From Cyanobacteriota bacterium (GTDB lineage Bacteria; Cyanobacteriota; Cyanobacteriia; PCC-6307; Cyanobiaceae), in NCBI GenBank assembly GCA_046052125.1, contig JBJOMY010000001.1, positions 448,001 through 512,000 of the forward strand: a stretch of 64,000 nucleotides of DNA, written 5' to 3'. Shown here in pieces: positions 59,756 to 64,000 of this stretch (positions are counted from its first letter, which is position 1; each line of letters begins with the position of its first letter). The notes beneath the pieces were generated by a model. The model did not search any database. It worked only from the letters and a program-made list of their open reading frames with translations, and was not told the DNA's origin. The position numbers and the translations under genes were made by a program.

Positions 59756-60925
59756 ATGGCGGTGGTGAGCGATCGCATCCCCCAGCTGCTGCCCATGGCT
59801 GCCGTTTCTGCGCTGTGCGCGGGATGGGCGCTCTCTCCTTCCATCGCTGTGAAGGTGGAAGGCAGTGCGGTGTTGCTGCCTCCCGAAAGCCGCGTGGGGG
59901 TTTACGCGCGATCCCCCGGCCAGGTGCAGGAGTTGTTGCGCCGCGTGGGCGAGCAGGTGCAGCAGGGCGACCTGCTGTTGAGCATCAGTCGGGTGGATCA
60001 ACAGGCCGCCGGGGCTGGTGGCGTGGGCCCCAACAGCAACGCCCTGCTCGATCAGATCAAGGCCCTCGATCGCCAGGCCCAAACGATCCAATCGCGGATC
60101 GGCACCCTGCGCGTGGCCAACCAGCCGGTGGGTCTGCAGCTCAAGGCCCTGGAAACGTTGCGCCGGGATGAGGTGATTCCCCGCTACAGCCCGCTTTGGG
60201 TGGGAGCCCAGGACCTCTACCTGCGCAACAACAACGCGATTGAGGAGCTGCAGGCCCAGCTCGCTCAGCTCGGTGCCTCGCGGGCAGAGCTGCAGGCCCA
60301 GCGCAACAGCCAATCGGTGCTCTCCCCCCGCAACGGCATGCTGCTCAGCCTGAGCGTGAATCCGGGGCAGGCGGTGGTGCCCGGTCAACGGCTGGGAACC
60401 GTGGGGCTTGGCCCACGGGGCAGTGCCAATGGCGAGGAACGCACCGCCATCGCCCTGTTCAGCGATGCCGATGTGGCGCGGCTCAAGCCCGGCATGCCCA
60501 TCCAGCTCGATCTGCAGCTGCAAACCCGCGATCGCTACGGCGGCAGCTCCCAGCGCTACGGACTGGTGGAGGGCCGCATCGTTGACATCTCGCCGGCCAG
60601 TGCCGATCTGGCGGAGGTGTCGCGCGCCGTAGGCGACACGGATCTCGCCGGCAGCCTGATCGCCCGCAGCCGTCAGGCCGCCTTCGGCGAAGGGGGCGAC
60701 CCACTGGCCACCCTGCCCGAGAAGGCCACCGCGCCGGTACGCATCGTGACCCTCAGGCTCGAGCGGGCCGACACCCCCTCCGGCCTGCGCTGGAGCGGCA
60801 GCCGCGGGCCCGATCTCAGCCTGGAGAACGGCACACCTGCCAAGGGTGAAGTGGTGGTGGAGCGTCGCCGACCGCTGAGCTTTGTGCTTCCCTTCCTGCG
60901 CTGGCTGGGAGGCATGGAGCGATGA
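59756..60925 (+). CDS. HlyD-family membrane fusion protein, NHLM bacteriocin-secretion type
   Basis: V-V-G-AVL, lipoyl halves, coiled coil, YG---G-I, TPSG-RWS-S-GP...VE-RRP-SFV-P-LR C-terminus. Confidence 0.85.
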   Translation: MAVVSDRIPQLLPMAAVSALCAGWALSPSIAVKVEGSAVLLPPESRVGVYARSPGQVQELLRRVGEQVQQGDLLLSISRVDQQAAGAGGVGPNSNALLDQIKALDRQAQTIQSRIGTLRVANQPVGLQLKALETLRRDEVIPRYSPLWVGAQDLYLRNNNAIEELQAQLAQLGASRAELQAQRNSQSVLSPRNGMLLSLSVNPGQAVVPGQRLGTVGLGPRGSANGEERTAIALFSDADVARLKPGMPIQLDLQLQTRDRYGGSSQRYGLVEGRIVDISPASADLAEVSRAVGDTDLAGSLIARSRQAAFGEGGDPLATLPEKATAPVRIVTLRLERADTPSGLRWSGSRGPDLSLENGTPAKGEVVVERRRPLSFVLPFLRWLGGMER

Positions 60926-61131
60926 CACCAACCCGCAGCAAGCGAGGCTCGGAGCTGCAGCGCTGGCTAAAGCCCTGGCGGCAGCCCGCCCCCTGGCTGG
61001 CCCTGGTCCTGCTGGTGATCACAGCCACGAGCCAGCCACCACGGCTGTGGTTCTGGCTGGCGCTGCTGCTGATCGTGCTGCTGGTGGGCTGGGTGCAGGC
61101 CCTCAAAGGTCCCTCGCCCCATGGCGACTGA
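60922..61131 (+). CDS. Small 2-TM membrane protein
   Basis: ATGA overlap with the MFP; two hydrophobic helices. Confidence 0.7.
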   Translation: MTPTRSKRGSELQRWLKPWRQPAPWLALVLLVITATSQPPRLWFWLALLLIVLLVGWVQALKGPSPHGD

Positions 61132-62284
61132 GGGCACCCCCAGCCCCCTCACGCTCGATTTGAGGGCAGCACTGGTGATCGGCCTGGCCGCCGCTCTCAC
61201 CCATGCCACCTGCGAGGGGGTGGGGTTGAGCGGGGGGTCGCTGGCCTACGGATCGCTAATCGCCGCTCTGGTGGTCAGGCCTGATTTCAGCCGCTGGCCG
61301 CCCTTGATCTACCCCGTGCTGCTGGTGCTGGTGGGGGGCTGCCTGGCGATCGGCGTCAGCCTGGGTTTGGCCCTCTCCAACGTTCCCCAGGTGTTCGTGT
61401 TCGGCCTGGTGGCAGCGCTGATGCAGCTCATCACCCTGGCCCTACCAAGCAAACTGCGCATGCTCAGCGGTGCGGTGGCCTGTGTCGGCGTGTTGCCGCT
61501 GCTGGGCACACCCAGCTGGGAAAGCTGGCGCGATGAACTCTTGGCCATCGCCCTGGGCCTGGCGATTGGCACCCTGGTGCAGCTCGTGTTCACACCCACG
61601 GAGCTACGCCACGCTCCAGCCGATCCACACAACGCTCCAGCAACCGGTGGATCCCCAAGCCAAGAACCACCCTTGGGGCAGCGCATCGCCGCCGGGTTGA
61701 GCTCGCCTTTCTTCTGGCGAAAGCTGGTGTTCGCCACCCTGGCCCTCGCCATTGGCGAAGGCCTCGGAGCCCTGACCCCGAAATACCTCTACTTCGGTGT
61801 GGTGCTGTTGCTCAACGACAGTATCGGGGCCACCTTGGCGCGGGTGCGCGATCGCATGGCGGGGGTGAGCCTTGGGGTGCTCATGCCCTTGCTGGTGTTC
61901 AACACCCTTGGGATCAGCGAGGTGTCGATCGGTTTAGTAATGGGGGGCACCGCCATGCTCGTGGCAGCCCTCAACCGCCGCAGCTATCTGCAAACAGCTC
62001 TGATTTCGAGTGGTGTGGCCTTCATCGGCTACGGCCCCCTGGTGGCCTGGTACATCCCCAACCGCTGGATCGATTACCTGATGGGTTGCGGCCTTGCCTT
62101 AGCGGTGGGTCTGCTGCTGTTCCCCAGCTCAGCGCTACGCCGCTTCAACGCCCTCAGCAACGACACCACACAGCCCGATCGCTGGGCCCAACTGCAAGCC
62201 CTCTTACCTGCTGCCAGGGAGGAGGCGCGCTGGCTCGGCCTTCCCACTCCAGAGCTGCCCACCCCCCAGCTCCCTGGGGCCTAA
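61121..62284 (+). CDS. FUSC/aromatic-acid-exporter-like membrane protein
   Basis: Two TM repeats; GATL----DR--G---G and R--D---G---A motifs. Confidence 0.8.
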   Translation: MATEGTPSPLTLDLRAALVIGLAAALTHATCEGVGLSGGSLAYGSLIAALVVRPDFSRWPPLIYPVLLVLVGGCLAIGVSLGLALSNVPQVFVFGLVAALMQLITLALPSKLRMLSGAVACVGVLPLLGTPSWESWRDELLAIALGLAIGTLVQLVFTPTELRHAPADPHNAPATGGSPSQEPPLGQRIAAGLSSPFFWRKLVFATLALAIGEGLGALTPKYLYFGVVLLLNDSIGATLARVRDRMAGVSLGVLMPLLVFNTLGISEVSIGLVMGGTAMLVAALNRRSYLQTALISSGVAFIGYGPLVAWYIPNRWIDYLMGCGLALAVGLLLFPSSALRRFNALSNDTTQPDRWAQLQALLPAAREEARWLGLPTPELPTPQLPGA

Positions 62285-62289
62285 CCGCC

Positions 62290-62859
62290 ATGCACCGCTT
62301 GCCGCGCCGCCAGCACATCCGCCTGTCGCCCCTCGCTCTGGCAGGTCTGGCGCTGCTGATCCCCCTGGCACAGAGCGCTGCGGCCGCCACGGCTCCAGCC
62401 CACTGCGCCTCACCGGGCATCGCCCTGCAACTGCTGGTGTGCGCAGCGATGCTGATCGCCACGTGCCTGGTGCACCTCGCCGTCACCACCTTGATCACCG
62501 AGCTGAGCCACCAGCCACGGCTCATCGATTGGTGCGCGCCGAAGCCGATGCGGCGCACACTGGCGGTGTTGATCGGCGCCGGGCTCACGGCCCTGGCCCT
62601 GTTGCTCGAGATCCTGCTCTGGGCTCTGCTGATCCGCGGCTTGGGACTCCTGCCAACCCTGGAGAGCAGCTTCTATTTCAGCGGCATCACCTTCACCAGC
62701 GTGGGCTATGGCGATGTGATGTTGCCGAGCTGCTGGCATCTGCTCAGCGTGGGATTGGCATTGAATGGCCTCTTGCTGGCGGGCTGGAGCACTGCACTGC
62801 TCGTGTTTCTGGTGCAGCGCTCGATGGAGCTGAGGCTGCAACATCACAGCAAGCCCTAG
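62290..62859 (+). CDS. Potassium channel family protein (Ion_trans_2)
   Basis: Pore helix SFYFS-IT followed by TSVGYGD selectivity filter. Confidence 0.88.
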   Translation: MHRLPRRQHIRLSPLALAGLALLIPLAQSAAAATAPAHCASPGIALQLLVCAAMLIATCLVHLAVTTLITELSHQPRLIDWCAPKPMRRTLAVLIGAGLTALALLLEILLWALLIRGLGLLPTLESSFYFSGITFTSVGYGDVMLPSCWHLLSVGLALNGLLLAGWSTALLVFLVQRSMELRLQHHSKP

Positions 62860-64000
62860 GCGGGCTGCATCGTCCAACCCTTGGGGTGTTGGTGTTGCAG
62901 ATCCATCACCTGATTGCGCCCTAAGTCCTTGGCCACATAGAGCGCTGCATCCGCCGCCTGCAGCAGCTCGGTGAGCTGCTGCCGCCCTTCCGAACCCACC
63001 TCCACCATCCCGATCGACAGGGTGAGCTGAGCTTCGCGGCCATCGGCCAAGACCCAGCGTTGGGCCGCCACCCGAGCCCGCAACCGCTCGAGCAGGTCGT
63101 AGGCCTGAGGTGCCGAGGCGGCCACCACCAAGGCAAATTCATCGCCGCCGAGGCGGCCCACCAGATCACTGCGGCGCACGGCGGCATTGAGGAAATCGGC
63201 CATGCGGCGAATCACCTCATCGCCAGCGGCGTGGCCATAGCTGTCGTTGATGGTTTTGAAGTGATCGATGTCGATCAACGCCACCACCAGCCGCTGCTCC
63301 CCTAGCCCGGGCATGGCCAGCCGCTGGCCAGCCGCCTCAAGGAAGGCCCCGCGGTTCATCACACCGGAGAGGCTGTCGGTTTGCGCCAGGCTGATCAGCT
63401 CCGGCAACAGCTGACGGCGCACCACCAGCACCAGCGCACCGGCGGTGAGGAACAGGGGGAGCAGGCCGGCCACAAACACCACGCCGATGAGCTGCGCCGC
63501 CTGCCCCACCAGCGGCTGCAGATCCATCTCAATCACCAGCAGGCCCTGCTTGCCAAACGCCGGAAGACCCTCCAGGGCCAGCGGCGTGGGCAACACGCGA
63601 ATCATGTGGTCGCCACCGATGAGGGGCACGGGGCCATCCACCAGGCTTGAGCCCTGATCCCAGTGACAGAACCCGCCAGCGCGGAAGGTGAAACAGGCCG
63701 AAAGGTGCTTGGGCAAATCCCCCAAACCATCCCCCTCTCCGAGCTGGCGAATGTTGCGGCCCACTAGGGCGTTATCGCTGGCCGCCAGAAGACGGCCGCT
63801 GCGATCGAGCAGCAACGCCGAGCGCAACTCCCGCGAAGAGGCTGCCAGCTGCAGCTGGCGCTGCACCTCGTACACCGGCTGGAAGCTGGTGACGCTGCCC
63901 GCCAGATCCCGCTCCAAGGTGCTGGCGTGCTTTTCGGCCTCCTTCAAGGTGGCCTGAAACACCAACACGCCGCTCACGCTGGCGAGCAGCGTGGAGCCGA
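62856..64000 (-). CDS. Membrane-bound diguanylate cyclase (5' end outside window)
   Basis: Sensor-TM, TDSLSG--NR, DIDHFK-IND-YGH, RRSD I-site, GGDEF. Confidence 0.92.
   Translation of the reverse strand, partial: GSTLLASVSGVLVFQATLKEAEKHASTLERDLAGSVTSFQPVYEVQRQLQLAASSRELRSALLLDRSGRLLAASDNALVGRNIRQLGEGDGLGDLPKHLSACFTFRAGGFCHWDQGSSLVDGPVPLIGGDHMIRVLPTPLALEGLPAFGKQGLLVIEMDLQPLVGQAAQLIGVVFVAGLLPLFLTAGALVLVVRRQLLPELISLAQTDSLSGVMNRGAFLEAAGQRLAMPGLGEQRLVVALIDIDHFKTINDSYGHAAGDEVIRRMADFLNAAVRRSDLVGRLGGDEFALVVAASAPQAYDLLERLRARVAAQRWVLADGREAQLTLSIGMVEVGSEGRQQLTELLQAADAALYVAKDLGRNQVMDLQHQHPKGWTMQPA

Noticed and set aside
1..64000. CRISPR array, IS element, prophage or rRNA
   Set aside because: No regularly spaced repeats, transposase, integrase, phage genes or rRNA-like sequence noticed; frequent CGATCG/GCGATCGC words are ordinary for cyanobacteria and were not quantified

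Overview
GC-rich picocyanobacterial chromosome segment (Cyanobium/Synechococcus-like, inferred from chlH, hli, glnN, CP12, class II RNR and phoBR/pst gene content). Core genes (nrdJ, tRNA-Ser, ppk2, apt, dapB, chlH, folP, tpiA, cysK, glnN) are interrupted by accessory blocks. (1) 15.8-21.4 kb: a visibly AT-richer insert with a Nif11-like protein, a HlyD-type adaptor, a GT2 beta-glucan synthase with PilZ motifs and a CHASE-PAS-GGDEF cyclase (bgsBA/xcs-like c-di-GMP exopolysaccharide module). (2) 31-34 kb: pirin, sulfide:quinone reductase and rubrerythrin. (3) 34.4-52.8 kb: a large phosphorus island (phoBR, Crp-family ptrA-like gene, CHAD, corA, cNMP protein, ppk1, pstCAB, two PstS-family proteins, a PhoB paralogue with a degenerate receiver, speD, arsR-gap-arsJ). 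Pho boxes with 11-bp period, a perfect NtcA box before phoB and an ArsR operator can be read directly. (4) 58-64 kb: TolC, an NHLM-type membrane-fusion protein with no ABC partner, a small membrane protein, a FUSC-type protein, a GYG K+ channel and a second diguanylate cyclase, which together are a candidate undescribed export system. Two small ORFs below the ORF-track cut-off were also found. All calls come from reading motifs by eye; no database searches were run.
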